Shown: positions 8,632-17,162, counted from the first letter of the stretch. The stretch: 38,492 bases of DNA from Candidatus Anderseniibacteriota bacterium (GCA_046350855.1 JAXLZM010000003.1:78311-116802); one strand, 5' to 3'. Program-made: numbers and translations. Notes: generated by a model from the letters alone, not told the origin.

Positions 8632-8707
8632 GCCCTCGTAGTTCAATGGATTAGAACGAGCTCGTCCTAAGAGTTAGATGGAGGTTCGATTCCTTCCGAG
8701 GGCACCA
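8632..8707 (+). tRNA. tRNA-Arg (anticodon CCT)
   Basis: Cloverleaf folded by hand: acceptor GCCCTCG/CGAGGGC, anticodon stem AGCTC/GAGTT with loop GT-CCT-AA, T-loop TTCGATT, encoded CCA. Confidence 0.88.
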
Positions 8708-8748
8708 AACGGCACAAAAAAGCACAAAACGCCGTACCTGCGGGATTA

Positions 8749-8777
8749 TTGACTTTTACTTAAAAATATGCGATTAT
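8749..8777 (+). promoter_or_regulatory. sigma-70-like promoter TTGACT-N17-GATTAT
   Basis: Hexamers with a 17-nt spacer, about 45 nt upstream of ATG 8823. Confidence 0.4.
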
Positions 8778-8822
8778 CACTTGTTCGTACTTTTGCTGTT
8801 TGAAAAAAAGGAGAACACAGCT

Positions 8823-9641
8823 ATGGAAAGGCACCCTAATGATACCTGTCCTCATTGCAAAAAGAAGTACAAGCGTTGTGACTGCAAGGCGATCAAGACA
8901 CGCCGTATCCTTACCAGCTCCGTCATCGTGGCATCGATGATCGTGATCCTGGGAATCTGGCTGAGCACGCGTCCAACACAGACTACCGCTAAGGAATCAA
9001 TCTCCACAGAAAACCACATTCGACCTGCCGATCCCAACCGAGACCAAGTTCGGAGCGGCTCTCTTTACCTCAAGCAACTCGTGGAAAGCACCCCGGATGA
9101 ACGTGTAAGCCGAGAACTCTTCGACTGGATCGACAGTAAAAAACTTTCGATCAATTTTCAGGAACGACCGGGAGAGGAAGGGGCATTTGCCTCAATCTCG
9201 TATGTACGCGATCTCATTACCGATCAGGACAGACCAGTACTGATGGTAGCGTACTCAGGACTTATCAGTGACACTCGTTCGACCCGTTTTAAGCAGCTGG
9301 TACTGCTGCACGAATACGTCCACGGAAAAGGCCTGTTTGCGGCGCTAAGAGGCGAACGGTCTTTGCAGCAATTCCGCGTCGTAAAGGTGTCCGACATTCC
9401 GAGCTTAAAACCAGAGGATCAGAAGCTCGTCCTGTTCGATGAGTTCGAGGCCTACACAACAGAGTGCGAAATGGCCAAACGTCTTGGCTGGAAAGGAGAG
9501 TTCGAACTGTGTGACACCTACATGACGAGCTCATATTCAGAGTTCCTTGACGCGGTCATTGCCGCAGAAAGTCATCATCCGGTAATGTCACACTTCTCGG
9601 AGTACTTCGAGCAATGGAAAAAAGAGTACCTCAACAAGTAG
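8823..9641 (+). CDS. membrane-anchored hypothetical protein: Cys-rich N-terminus, one TM, extracytoplasmic domain with HExxH
   Basis: AGGAG Shine-Dalgarno 7 nt upstream of ATG 8823 (the ORF track starts at TTG 8781). N-terminus CPHC...CDC. TM segment ILTSSVIVASMIVILGIWL. LLHEYVHG (HExxH), with DEFEAY about 45 aa downstream. Confidence 0.6.
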   Translation: MERHPNDTCPHCKKKYKRCDCKAIKTRRILTSSVIVASMIVILGIWLSTRPTQTTAKESISTENHIRPADPNRDQVRSGSLYLKQLVESTPDERVSRELFDWIDSKKLSINFQERPGEEGAFASISYVRDLITDQDRPVLMVAYSGLISDTRSTRFKQLVLLHEYVHGKGLFAALRGERSLQQFRVVKVSDIPSLKPEDQKLVLFDEFEAYTTECEMAKRLGWKGEFELCDTYMTSSYSEFLDAVIAAESHHPVMSHFSEYFEQWKKEYLNK

Positions 9642-9649
9642 TAAACAGA

Positions 9650-9687
9650 CCCGCCCCGAGAACACCACTCGGTGGCGGGATTTTTTT
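9650..9687 (+). terminator. rho-independent terminator
   Basis: CCCGCCCCGAG-aacacca-CTCGGTGGCGGG hairpin followed by TTTTTTT. Confidence 0.85.
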
Positions 9688-9735
9688 ATTAAAACTGGAC
9701 CTGCTCTCACGCCCGCGCTAAGCTCCGGGCTGCAT

Positions 9736-9812
9736 CGGGGTGTAGCTCAGTTGGCCAGAGCGCACGGTTCGGGACCGTGAGGTCCGCGGTTCAAGTCCGC
9801 GCACCCCGACCA
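9736..9812 (+). tRNA. tRNA-Pro (anticodon CGG)
   Basis: Acceptor CGGGGTG/CACCCCG, anticodon stem CACGG/CCGTG with loop TT-CGG-GA, T-loop TTCAAGT, encoded CCA. Confidence 0.9.
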
Positions 9813-9843
9813 TAAAGGGTGTATACTGAGCCAATAAGGAGCT

Positions 9844-10065
9844 ATGGGCCCACCTAACGTTTCCGACTATGTAATCGACGTATTTCGAGACCTACTCGGG
9901 CCTCGGACGGCTGAAGCGTTTCATGAATACTACGAGCACCTCCCCGATCAAAAAATTCGGGCCTCGTTTATCAAAGTGCTGAGTGAGTACTTGGGTTCAA
10001 CCGAAGCGCGCAAAGAATTAGATCATCTGGACGCCTTTATACAATCTAAAGGATCACGCCCATGA
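9844..10065 (+). CDS. small hypothetical protein (73 aa)
   Basis: AAGGAG Shine-Dalgarno directly upstream. Acidic and helical-looking. Its stop overlaps the start of the next gene (ATGA). Confidence 0.55.
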   Translation: MGPPNVSDYVIDVFRDLLGPRTAEAFHEYYEHLPDQKIRASFIKVLSEYLGSTEARKELDHLDAFIQSKGSRP

Positions 10066-10892
10066 AAGGCTCGAGCTTTATTATTGGCGCCTTTTTTCTC
10101 TATATTTTTTTGGCGCTGGGCGTGTACTTCTTTGCGGGCGCAAATGATGCCGGCTTTGTGTTGCGAAATGTGTTTTACCTGGGTGCTCCGGCTATCGCTA
10201 TCGCGGCTGGATCATACGCGGTCTGGTCCTACGGCATTCCTAATTCACATGCAACCTCTTTAACCTTTATCGTAGTCGGGCTGGGTCTCTGGTTTATCGG
10301 CGAGATTCTCTTTTTTAGTTTTTCATTACGCGATATTGATCCGTTTCCATCTATCGCTGATGTTTTTTACATCATCGGCTATGTACCGCTCGCGATTGGG
10401 TTCATCCGAGAGTCCCGCTCTGATTTTAACGGTGTACGGATCCGAGATCTCTTTTTATTCTTTGCCTTGCTGCTCGCGCTCTGCGTAGTGACCGGGGCAG
10501 TGAGCGTTTTTGGCGCGTACGACCCAAGCGTCGATCTTGTCTCAAACAGCATTTTGATCGGCTACGGCATGGGCGACCTCTTTTTGATTGCGACCCTGCT
10601 CCCGATTTTGATTTTTGTCAGCAAACACACCGGAGGAACCATCTCCATCCCCTGGCGCTTACTCTTTTTGGGCCTGATCGCGATTTTGGCGGCTGACTTG
10701 CTGTATTCGGTGTTCAACCAAGGATACGACGCGCGCGATGTACGCTTTTTGCGCTTGGACTTGGTTTGGATCTTTGGCTATCTCGTGTTGGCCTGTGGTT
10801 TTATCGCCATGGGACGAAGTTTGCGTCGACTCGCCCGCTTGGCAGGCCGAAGTCGCACGCGGCCCAGCAACGCAGCGGCGGTTCGTCCCTAG
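10062..10892 (+). CDS. polytopic (about 8 TM) membrane protein, stand-alone sensor-module-like
   Basis: Eight hydrophobic segments. Internally similar pieces PSIADVFYIIGYVPLAIGFI and RLDLVWIFGYLVLACGFI. Short basic C-terminal tail and no soluble domain. Confidence 0.6.
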   Translation: MKGSSFIIGAFFLYIFLALGVYFFAGANDAGFVLRNVFYLGAPAIAIAAGSYAVWSYGIPNSHATSLTFIVVGLGLWFIGEILFFSFSLRDIDPFPSIADVFYIIGYVPLAIGFIRESRSDFNGVRIRDLFLFFALLLALCVVTGAVSVFGAYDPSVDLVSNSILIGYGMGDLFLIATLLPILIFVSKHTGGTISIPWRLLFLGLIAILAADLLYSVFNQGYDARDVRFLRLDLVWIFGYLVLACGFIAMGRSLRRLARLAGRSRTRPSNAAAVRP

Positions 10893-10957
10893 GGTTGGTA
10901 TCGCTCATCGGCCCTGCGCTTGTAATTGAACAAAAAATCACGTACGCTCGCCTGCGC

Positions 10958-11033
10958 GGGCCTGTAGCTCAATTGGTAGAGCGCGCCCATGGCATGGGCG
11001 AGGTAAGGGGTTCGAACCCCCTCAGGTCCACCA
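10958..11033 (+). tRNA. tRNA-Ala (anticodon GGC)
   Basis: Acceptor GGGCCTG/CAGGTCC with the G3:U70 alanine identity pair. Anticodon stem CGCCC/GGGCG with loop AT-GGC-AT. Encoded CCA. Confidence 0.88.
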
Positions 11034-11067
11034 TCATTTGGCCGCAATCAGCTGCGGTCAATTGCCT

Positions 11068-11144
11068 CGGGGTGTAGCTCAGTTGGCCAGAGCGCTTGCA
11101 TGGGGTGCAAGAGGTCGCTGGTTCAAGTCCAGTCACCCCGACCA
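11068..11144 (+). tRNA. tRNA-Pro (anticodon GGG)
   Basis: Same acceptor and D-arm as the Pro-CGG gene (first 28 nt identical). Anticodon stem CTTGC/GCAAG with loop AT-GGG-GT. Encoded CCA. Confidence 0.88.
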
Positions 11145-11199
11145 GGAAATAAAAATACGCCGGTTAAGGCGCATTTTTATTTTTAGACTATCTAAAAAA

Positions 11200-11403
11200 C
11201 TACGCGGCGGCTTCTTTTTTCCAGCCGTTTTTGATGGTGTCCATAATAGCTGCGTCATCCATCGGTTTATCGGCGTGCGCTTCAGCTAAGTGTGGCTTCA
11301 CTTTTTCCATCATCATTTTCATGGCCGCATCGTCGTTGTCTGCCATGACGTCGAAGGTCATTGGCTCGTGGCCCATGCTACAGGTAAAGGTATACTTTGA
11401 CAT
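11200..11403 (-). CDS. small protein, DUF1059-like
   Basis: 67-aa ORF starting MSKYTFTCSMGHE. Its size and the Cys/His near the N-terminus followed by a helical Met/Lys-rich part resemble DUF1059 small proteins. Weak call. Confidence 0.4.
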   Translation of the reverse strand: MSKYTFTCSMGHEPMTFDVMADNDDAAMKMMMEKVKPHLAEAHADKPMDDAAIMDTIKNGWKKEAAA

Positions 11404-11463
11404 TTAAATCACCTCCTCAATGTTAAGTGTTTTTAACATAGCATGAACCGCGGCTGAACTCGA

Positions 11464-12315
11464 TCACCGTGCGAGCGCATAGTGCACACCTTTTTTGCTA
11501 GCGCGTTGGGTCAAAAACCCTTCGCGAGTGAGTTCATCCAGAATTTCTTGGGTCAGGCCTGGAGAAAAGTCGAGAGCAACGAGCAACTCCGCATGTGAAC
11601 TTGGTTTTTGGGCGAGCTGCTTGAGAATTTGGCCTCGTACCTGGCGACGCGAGCCGATAAACTTGCTTTGTTTAGTGTGGTGGCGACTGCGCCGACTGGG
11701 GTTGTCCTGCGTTTGCTTAAGCATGACCCCGTAGTCCATCAGGGCGTAGTACCAATCGCGAGCGCGCTTTTTCTCGAGGGTTTGTTGGATGTAGGGCATG
11801 AGCTGTTCATCTGACACATCTTTTTTGCCTGGAAAAAAGATATGCAAGTACACAGCCCGGATATTGGTCTCGATAAAGGCGGTAGCCCGGTTGAACGCAA
11901 AGGCACTCACCGCACAGGCCGTGGCATAACCGATGCCGGGCAGTGCATCCAGTTGCTCAATGGAGAGATCGGGTAAGTGACCCTTGTACTGGGTAATAAC
12001 GATGCGCGCGATTTTTTTGAGTGCGAGAGCGCGACGATTGTACCCGAGTCCTTGCCAGGCACGTACAACGGCGGCCTGTGGCGCCGTATCGAGGGCCCGC
12101 CAACTGGAAAATTGTTTTACAAATGACTCAAACTTGACCACGACGCGCGGCGCTTGAGTCTGTTGCAACATAATCTCCGAGATCACTACACGGTAGGGTG
12201 TCGGTTTTTCTCGCCAGGGAAAGCTGCGACGGTTGCGCGCATAGTACGACCAAATCAAGCGCCTAAACGTGTTTACTTGCGCACTGGTTAGTTTGTTCAG
12301 CCGGCTATTTGTCAT
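11464..12315 (-). CDS. MutY-like HhH-GPD DNA glycosylase lacking Fe-S cluster loop and NUDIX domain
   Basis: FPWRE..TPYRVVISEIMLQQTQ, WQGLGYNRRA and LPGIGYATACAVSAFAF are close to MutY. No Cys after ALMDYG, where the C-x6-C-x2-C-x5-C loop is expected. Short basic/helical C-terminus. Confidence 0.75.
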   Translation of the reverse strand: MTNSRLNKLTSAQVNTFRRLIWSYYARNRRSFPWREKPTPYRVVISEIMLQQTQAPRVVVKFESFVKQFSSWRALDTAPQAAVVRAWQGLGYNRRALALKKIARIVITQYKGHLPDLSIEQLDALPGIGYATACAVSAFAFNRATAFIETNIRAVYLHIFFPGKKDVSDEQLMPYIQQTLEKKRARDWYYALMDYGVMLKQTQDNPSRRSRHHTKQSKFIGSRRQVRGQILKQLAQKPSSHAELLVALDFSPGLTQEILDELTREGFLTQRASKKGVHYALAR

Positions 12316-13352
12316 CCGCGTATCAGCATAGCGTCTCCAAAGGAGAACAGTCTAAATCCCCGCTTGATCGCAAATTGATAGAGATTGAGCAGCCGCTCGC
12401 GACCGACAAGAGACGCAACGAGCATCAACAAACTCGAGCGCGGCACATGAAAGTTGGTAATCAAACCGTCAACGACTGTACATTTGTAGCCCGGCCGGAT
12501 AAACAACCGGGTCGTGCCATGCATGGCTCGGACTTTTTTGTTGGCGTAGGCAGATTCGAGGGTGCGGGCGACCGTTGTGCCCACCGCAATAACCGGGCGC
12601 TTTTCTTTGAGTGCTTGGTTGATGCTTTTTGCAGCCACAGCACTGATAGTAAATTCTTCCGCGTGTAATTTTCCGGACTCCCACTGTTCTTGTGTCAGCG
12701 CCGCAAAGGTACCCAAACTGACGTGTAGCGTTATCTTTGCAATCTCGATGCCACTTTTTTGTAAGCCTGTCAGAAGTCGCTTGGTAAAGTGCAATGATGC
12801 CGTGGGTGCGGCGATCGATCCAGTCGTATGCGCAAAAACCGTTTGATAGGCGCGGCGACGTTGCGCCTCGGTTAATGGTGAGTGGCGCAAGTACGGTGGC
12901 AAGGGGATCTGTCCGTGTTTTTTCTCGAGGCCGGTTAATCCGCGCACCAAAACTCGATAGCCTTCTGTGCTACGGGAGAGCACGACCGCCTCGGATGAAC
13001 CACAGATTAGACGTTCACCCTTTTTGAGGGCACGATCGGCCAAGGCTACCCACTCGTTGGTACGTATGATTCGCACAAAAAGCAAACGCACTTTACCGCC
13101 GGTCGTTTTTGTAAACTCAACCCGTGCGGACACCACTTTGGTCTCGTTGATCACGAGCACGGCACCTTTTGGCAACTGTCGGCCCAAGTGCGCAAAGGTG
13201 TCGACCTCGGTTTTGCCGGTTGATCGATCGTAGACGAGAAGTTTGGCGGAGTCGCGGGGTTCGGCCGGAGTGAGCGCCACGGCGGAGCGTGGATACGCAT
13301 AATCGTAGGCCCGCAGAGCCTGTTCAAACGAGAGTTGCTCGGATTTACTCAT
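12312..13352 (-). CDS. queA: S-adenosylmethionine:tRNA ribosyltransferase-isomerase
   Basis: 346 aa. YDYAYPRSAVALTPAEPRDSAKLLV at the N-terminus, VGTT..R.LES, and C-terminal GFRLFSFGDAMLI. Overlaps tgt by 4 nt. Confidence 0.9.
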   Translation of the reverse strand: MSKSEQLSFEQALRAYDYAYPRSAVALTPAEPRDSAKLLVYDRSTGKTEVDTFAHLGRQLPKGAVLVINETKVVSARVEFTKTTGGKVRLLFVRIIRTNEWVALADRALKKGERLICGSSEAVVLSRSTEGYRVLVRGLTGLEKKHGQIPLPPYLRHSPLTEAQRRRAYQTVFAHTTGSIAAPTASLHFTKRLLTGLQKSGIEIAKITLHVSLGTFAALTQEQWESGKLHAEEFTISAVAAKSINQALKEKRPVIAVGTTVARTLESAYANKKVRAMHGTTRLFIRPGYKCTVVDGLITNFHVPRSSLLMLVASLVGRERLLNLYQFAIKRGFRLFSFGDAMLIRG

Positions 13353-14503
13353 AGTGTTCCGGCCCGGATTTGATCACGTAGTTCTGCCACATAGGTGTTG
13401 AACAAAAACACGTTGTGGAAGCTCGTCAGTGAGAGTGCCGTAATCTCGCGCGCTTTAAAGAGATGGGCAATGTACGAGCGCGTGTAATTTTTGCAGACAA
13501 AACAACGACAAGTGCGGTCGATCGGACGTCGATCGCGTAAATAGGCCGACTGTTTAAAATTAATCCGTGCTCGGCGTGTAAAAGCCACTCCGTGTCGGGC
13601 GTAATGCGTCGGGACGATACAGTCAAACGTGTCGATCCCGGCCTTAATGATCGGCTTGATGTCATCCAAGTGTCCGATGCCAAGCAGGTGCCGTGGTTTT
13701 GCATCCGGCAACTCCGCTAAAACCCATTTGATCATGGCGCTCATGGTTTTTTTGTCCGCACCAAACTCTCCCCCGATTCCAAAACCATCAAATGGCAGCG
13801 CACCCAACACTCGCGCACTCTTTTGGCGCAAATCTTTATAGCGTCCACCCTGCACCACCCCAAAAAGTGCTTGGCGCGGGTCATGTTGGTCCAAACTGAT
13901 CTGTGCCCAGCGGTGCGTGCGCTCCAGCGACCGCTCGGTGTAGGCATGATCAGCATTGGGCGGCGTACACTCATCAAAAGCAAAAATAATATCGGCGCCG
14001 AGCTTAGCTTGGATCCTCATAGACTCGCGTGGGCCGATAAACACCGTGCGCCCATCAACCGGCGACCTAAACAGCACGCCCTCCTCACTAATCTTGATCT
14101 CGCGCGGCCGGTCCAACTCGCCCACCGTGACCAGATGCTTAGTGCTCTGCCGTACCTCTTTACCAATAATCTTACCCACCTGGTGATCCTTGCCAAACCC
14201 CAGGCTAAAGACTTGATACCCCGCCGAGTCGGTCATGATCGGTCGCTTCCAGTGCATAAATGTGTGCAACCCCCCGGCCGCGCGGACGATTTGTTCACCC
14301 GGCTTGAGGTGCAGATGAAACGTATTGCTAATCAAAAGCTGTGTGCCGGTCACCTCGACCTGCTCGCTCCAGAGGGTCTTGAGGGTCGCCTGCGTCGCCA
14401 CCGGAACCAGGGTCGGGGTCTCAACCAGGCCGTGGCTGGTCTTGAGTTGCCCCAGCCGCGCGCGGCTCTTTCGCGATCGTTTAACAATGCTAAAGTTGAA
14501 CAC
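13349..14503 (-). CDS. tgt: tRNA-guanine transglycosylase
   Basis: ARLGQLKTSHGLVETPTLVPVAT, TDSAGYQVFSL, and the zinc site CRCFVCKNYTRSYIAHL. Apparent GTG start. Confidence 0.92.
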   Translation of the reverse strand: MFNFSIVKRSRKSRARLGQLKTSHGLVETPTLVPVATQATLKTLWSEQVEVTGTQLLISNTFHLHLKPGEQIVRAAGGLHTFMHWKRPIMTDSAGYQVFSLGFGKDHQVGKIIGKEVRQSTKHLVTVGELDRPREIKISEEGVLFRSPVDGRTVFIGPRESMRIQAKLGADIIFAFDECTPPNADHAYTERSLERTHRWAQISLDQHDPRQALFGVVQGGRYKDLRQKSARVLGALPFDGFGIGGEFGADKKTMSAMIKWVLAELPDAKPRHLLGIGHLDDIKPIIKAGIDTFDCIVPTHYARHGVAFTRRARINFKQSAYLRDRRPIDRTCRCFVCKNYTRSYIAHLFKAREITALSLTSFHNVFLFNTYVAELRDQIRAGTL

Positions 14504-14505
14504 GC

Positions 14506-15270
14506 ATGAGATCGTACCTCAAAATCGCGGCGGCGCTAGCACTGGTTGCTCTGATCGCCGTGATTACCTACCAGTACATCCGCATAAAGCGGCTGATCGA
14601 CAAGGGGCACAAGCTCTCCCAGTCGGCCCAAGCTTTTGAACGCATTGATCCACAGGCTGATTTTTCGATGCTCGTCATCGGTGATAGCGGTGCCTTTGGC
14701 GTGGGGGCTGCGACCCCGGGCGAGTCGATCATCGGTAAATTTGGCACGGCCCACCCCACCATCTCCCTAGAAAACCGCGGACATAACGGCGATCGGGTCG
14801 CGGATTTGCTTGAGACGTTTCAACCTGCGTCGGCGGCCCCGGGTAAAACGACCCAACGCTACGACCTCTTGCTGATTCAAATTGGAGGCAACGATGTGAC
14901 CCACTTTACCAACCTCCAGCAGCTAGAAAAAGATCTCGGTACCTTACTCGATCGGGCCAAAATGGTCTCCGACCACGTCTACGTGTTAACCTCCGGTGAC
15001 TTTGTCACAGCCCCGCTTTTTCCGTGGCCGATCAACTATCTATTTTCGTGGCGTTATCATCGCGTCCGTGACCTCTTTTTAAAAACCGTGCCTGCCCACG
15101 GCGCAACGTATGTCGATATTTTTTCCTACGAAGAGTCGCATCCTGTTTCCGGTCGCGACTGGGACTTTTATGCCGCCGATGGCTTTCATCCCAATGGCCC
15201 AGGCTACCAACCTTGGTTTGAGGCCCTTGAGTTCACCCTTAAGCAAAGTGGTTTTAGTGTCCCACGCTGA
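14506..15270 (+). CDS. SGNH/GDSL-family hydrolase with N-terminal TM anchor
   Basis: Block I VIGDSGAFG, block III GGNDV, block V DGFHPN. Confidence 0.8.
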   Translation: MRSYLKIAAALALVALIAVITYQYIRIKRLIDKGHKLSQSAQAFERIDPQADFSMLVIGDSGAFGVGAATPGESIIGKFGTAHPTISLENRGHNGDRVADLLETFQPASAAPGKTTQRYDLLLIQIGGNDVTHFTNLQQLEKDLGTLLDRAKMVSDHVYVLTSGDFVTAPLFPWPINYLFSWRYHRVRDLFLKTVPAHGATYVDIFSYEESHPVSGRDWDFYAADGFHPNGPGYQPWFEALEFTLKQSGFSVPR

Positions 15271-15279
15271 CGGTTGAAC

Positions 15280-15711
15280 CTAACGCACCAGCTCGAGGAC
15301 ACTCAAGGCTTGGTGTTCCAGATCAAAATTGGTAAAAACCCGCTCAACCCGTCCGCTCGGATCCAATAAAAATGCATTGGGGGCCACGCTCTGGTATGAC
15401 TTGCCTTTGTAACTGCGCGAGCGCACCACCCCAAAGGCAGAACCAAGCCTACAATCGCGATCTTGTAGCATCGGATACGAGACCGAGCAGGCCGCACTAA
15501 ACGCTGTATGATCCTGTATTTGATCGATCGTCACTCCAACGACCTGTACCCCGCCTTGTGCTAAGACACGGAGCTTATCGCACAGCGCTTGCCGCTCTCG
15601 ACCACAGCAAGGCGTCCGATCCTTAGTAAAAAAACAGAGGAGAGTTTTACCGGATGGATACGGAACCTGCAGACGTGCCCCGGTATGATCAGTAGCGATA
15701 AACGATTGCAT
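15280..15711 (-). CDS. bcp: Bcp/AhpC-TSA family peroxiredoxin
   Basis: GKTLLCFFTKDRTPCC...VVGVTID...F...SYPMLQD...AFLLDPSGRV matches the Bcp layout. The Met at 15711 is preceded by a GGTGAG Shine-Dalgarno. The ORF track start is 15786. Confidence 0.75.
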   Translation of the reverse strand: MQSFIATDHTGARLQVPYPSGKTLLCFFTKDRTPCCGRERQALCDKLRVLAQGGVQVVGVTIDQIQDHTAFSAACSVSYPMLQDRDCRLGSAFGVVRSRSYKGKSYQSVAPNAFLLDPSGRVERVFTNFDLEHQALSVLELVR

Positions 15712-15809
15712 CTCACCCTTGTACCGTACGGTAGTATGTTTGTCTAAAGAAAAAGCCGTCTTGCTCTGCGTAAGACACAGACACAAGACGGCAAGACCGA
15801 CTCAACACG

Positions 15810-16886
15810 TTAGCGCGGCACCGCATCGCGCTCCGCGTAGTTCTTTTGCGCGAACTCCTTGTCGCGCCTACGGCAGGCACGGACCCACTCTAGGTTCTCG
15901 GACTGTTGGTACCAGCGAACCGTTTCTCGCAGACCCTCGACCAGACTCACCCGAGGCTTCCAGCCCGGACCGAGCTGCATGAGCTTCTCGGCTGACATGG
16001 CGTAGCGGCGATCATGGCCAGGACGATCTCTGATGTGCTCGATCGGCACGGACTTACCCAGTACGTTGCAGACCGTCTCGGCCAACCACTCATTGGTGTG
16101 CGTTTGCGGGATCATGCTCGGGCCGACCAGATAGACCTCCCCGATAGACCCATGACGCATGACATGCTGTAGCGCACGAGCCCCATCCAAAACATGCAGC
16201 CAGGTGCGCTCCTGTAAGCCGTTGCCGTAGAGCTTGATCGACTCGTCCTCGAGAACACTCATGATGACGCGTGGTAAAAACTTCTCCCACTGCTGTCGTG
16301 GGCCAAAGTGATTACAGCCACGTGTAACCATCACGGGCACGTGTTCATCCGCGTAGGTCCTTGGTAAAACTTGCGTGGCATACTGATCCGCTGCAGCCTT
16401 GGACCAGGAGTAGGGACTGCTCGTGTGATACTCAGACTCCTCGGTAAAAATCCCCTGCTCGACACTGTCGCCCATGACCTCGTCGGTCGAGACGTAGACG
16501 GTGCGGATCTTAAAAAACCGCGCCGCCTCGAGTAGGTTTACCGCTCCTAGGATGTTGGGCAGGATGAACGAAGCCGGGTTGAGAATACTGCGATCGACGT
16601 GCGATTCCGCCGCCAGATGAAAGATCCCATCCGGTTTACAGTGCTCGATTGCTTCGAGCAGCTGCGTCGCATCCGCGACATCGCCAAAACAAGAGCGAAA
16701 GCGCGCGGTCTGAGAGTCAAAGGCGTAGTTGTTGTTCCAGTGCGGCAAGAGATTCCGCCGATCACCAGCATAGGTGAATTTATCGAAGACCGTAACGTGT
16801 TCGACCTCCGGATCTGCCAAAAGCAGATCAACGAGATGCGAGCCAATAAAACCAGCTCCCCCGGTGACAAGATACCGTTTACCCAT
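15810..16886 (-). CDS. rfbB: dTDP-glucose 4,6-dehydratase-like NAD-dependent sugar dehydratase
   Basis: VTGGAGFIGSHL Rossmann motif, catalytic YSWSKAAAD (YxxxK), and C-terminal RPGHDRRYA typical of RmlB. Confidence 0.85.
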   Translation of the reverse strand: MGKRYLVTGGAGFIGSHLVDLLLADPEVEHVTVFDKFTYAGDRRNLLPHWNNNYAFDSQTARFRSCFGDVADATQLLEAIEHCKPDGIFHLAAESHVDRSILNPASFILPNILGAVNLLEAARFFKIRTVYVSTDEVMGDSVEQGIFTEESEYHTSSPYSWSKAAADQYATQVLPRTYADEHVPVMVTRGCNHFGPRQQWEKFLPRVIMSVLEDESIKLYGNGLQERTWLHVLDGARALQHVMRHGSIGEVYLVGPSMIPQTHTNEWLAETVCNVLGKSVPIEHIRDRPGHDRRYAMSAEKLMQLGPGWKPRVSLVEGLRETVRWYQQSENLEWVRACRRRDKEFAQKNYAERDAVPR

Positions 16887-17046
16887 TGAGCACGCTCCTT
16901 GGTGCGTATTGTGCTGTAAAGATCGATCCCTGATTGGGGAAGTTATTCAACATACGCGAGCGTGGTCGTTTTGAGAAGTCAGCTTGAGCAAAGCGCAAAA
17001 AACCACTACGCTCCTTTTGATGGGTCACCCAGAGGAGGCCCAGCGT

Positions 17047-17121
17047 GGGCCTGTAGCTCAGTGGTAGAGCACGTCATTCGCATTGACGGGGTCAGGGGTT
17101 CAAGTCCCCTCAGGTCCACCA
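17047..17121 (+). tRNA. tRNA-Ala (anticodon CGC)
   Basis: Acceptor GGGCCTG/CAGGTCC with G3:U70. Anticodon stem CGTCA/TGACG with loop TT-CGC-AT. Encoded CCA. Confidence 0.88.
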
Positions 17122-17162
17122 GGCGGTACACTCACTCAAGCAGTTTACCGCTCCCAGGTTGC

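Noticed and set aside
8768-8803. 11-codon upstream ORF (MRLSLVRTFAV) ahead of the HExxH gene.
   Set aside because: It overlaps the predicted -10 box, has no Shine-Dalgarno and is too short to support from sequence alone.
11150-11185. Possible bidirectional terminator between tRNA-Pro(GGG) and the convergent small gene.
   Set aside because: Only a 4-bp CGCC/GGCG stem flanked by A and T runs is present. This is too weak to list as a feature, although termination here is plausible.
10766-11289. ORFs 10766..11077, 11038..11289 and 16962..17207 in the ORF track.
   Set aside because: They read straight through tRNA genes (Ala-GGC, Pro-GGG, Ala-CGC, Val-CAC), so they are artefacts of open frames across structured RNA genes.
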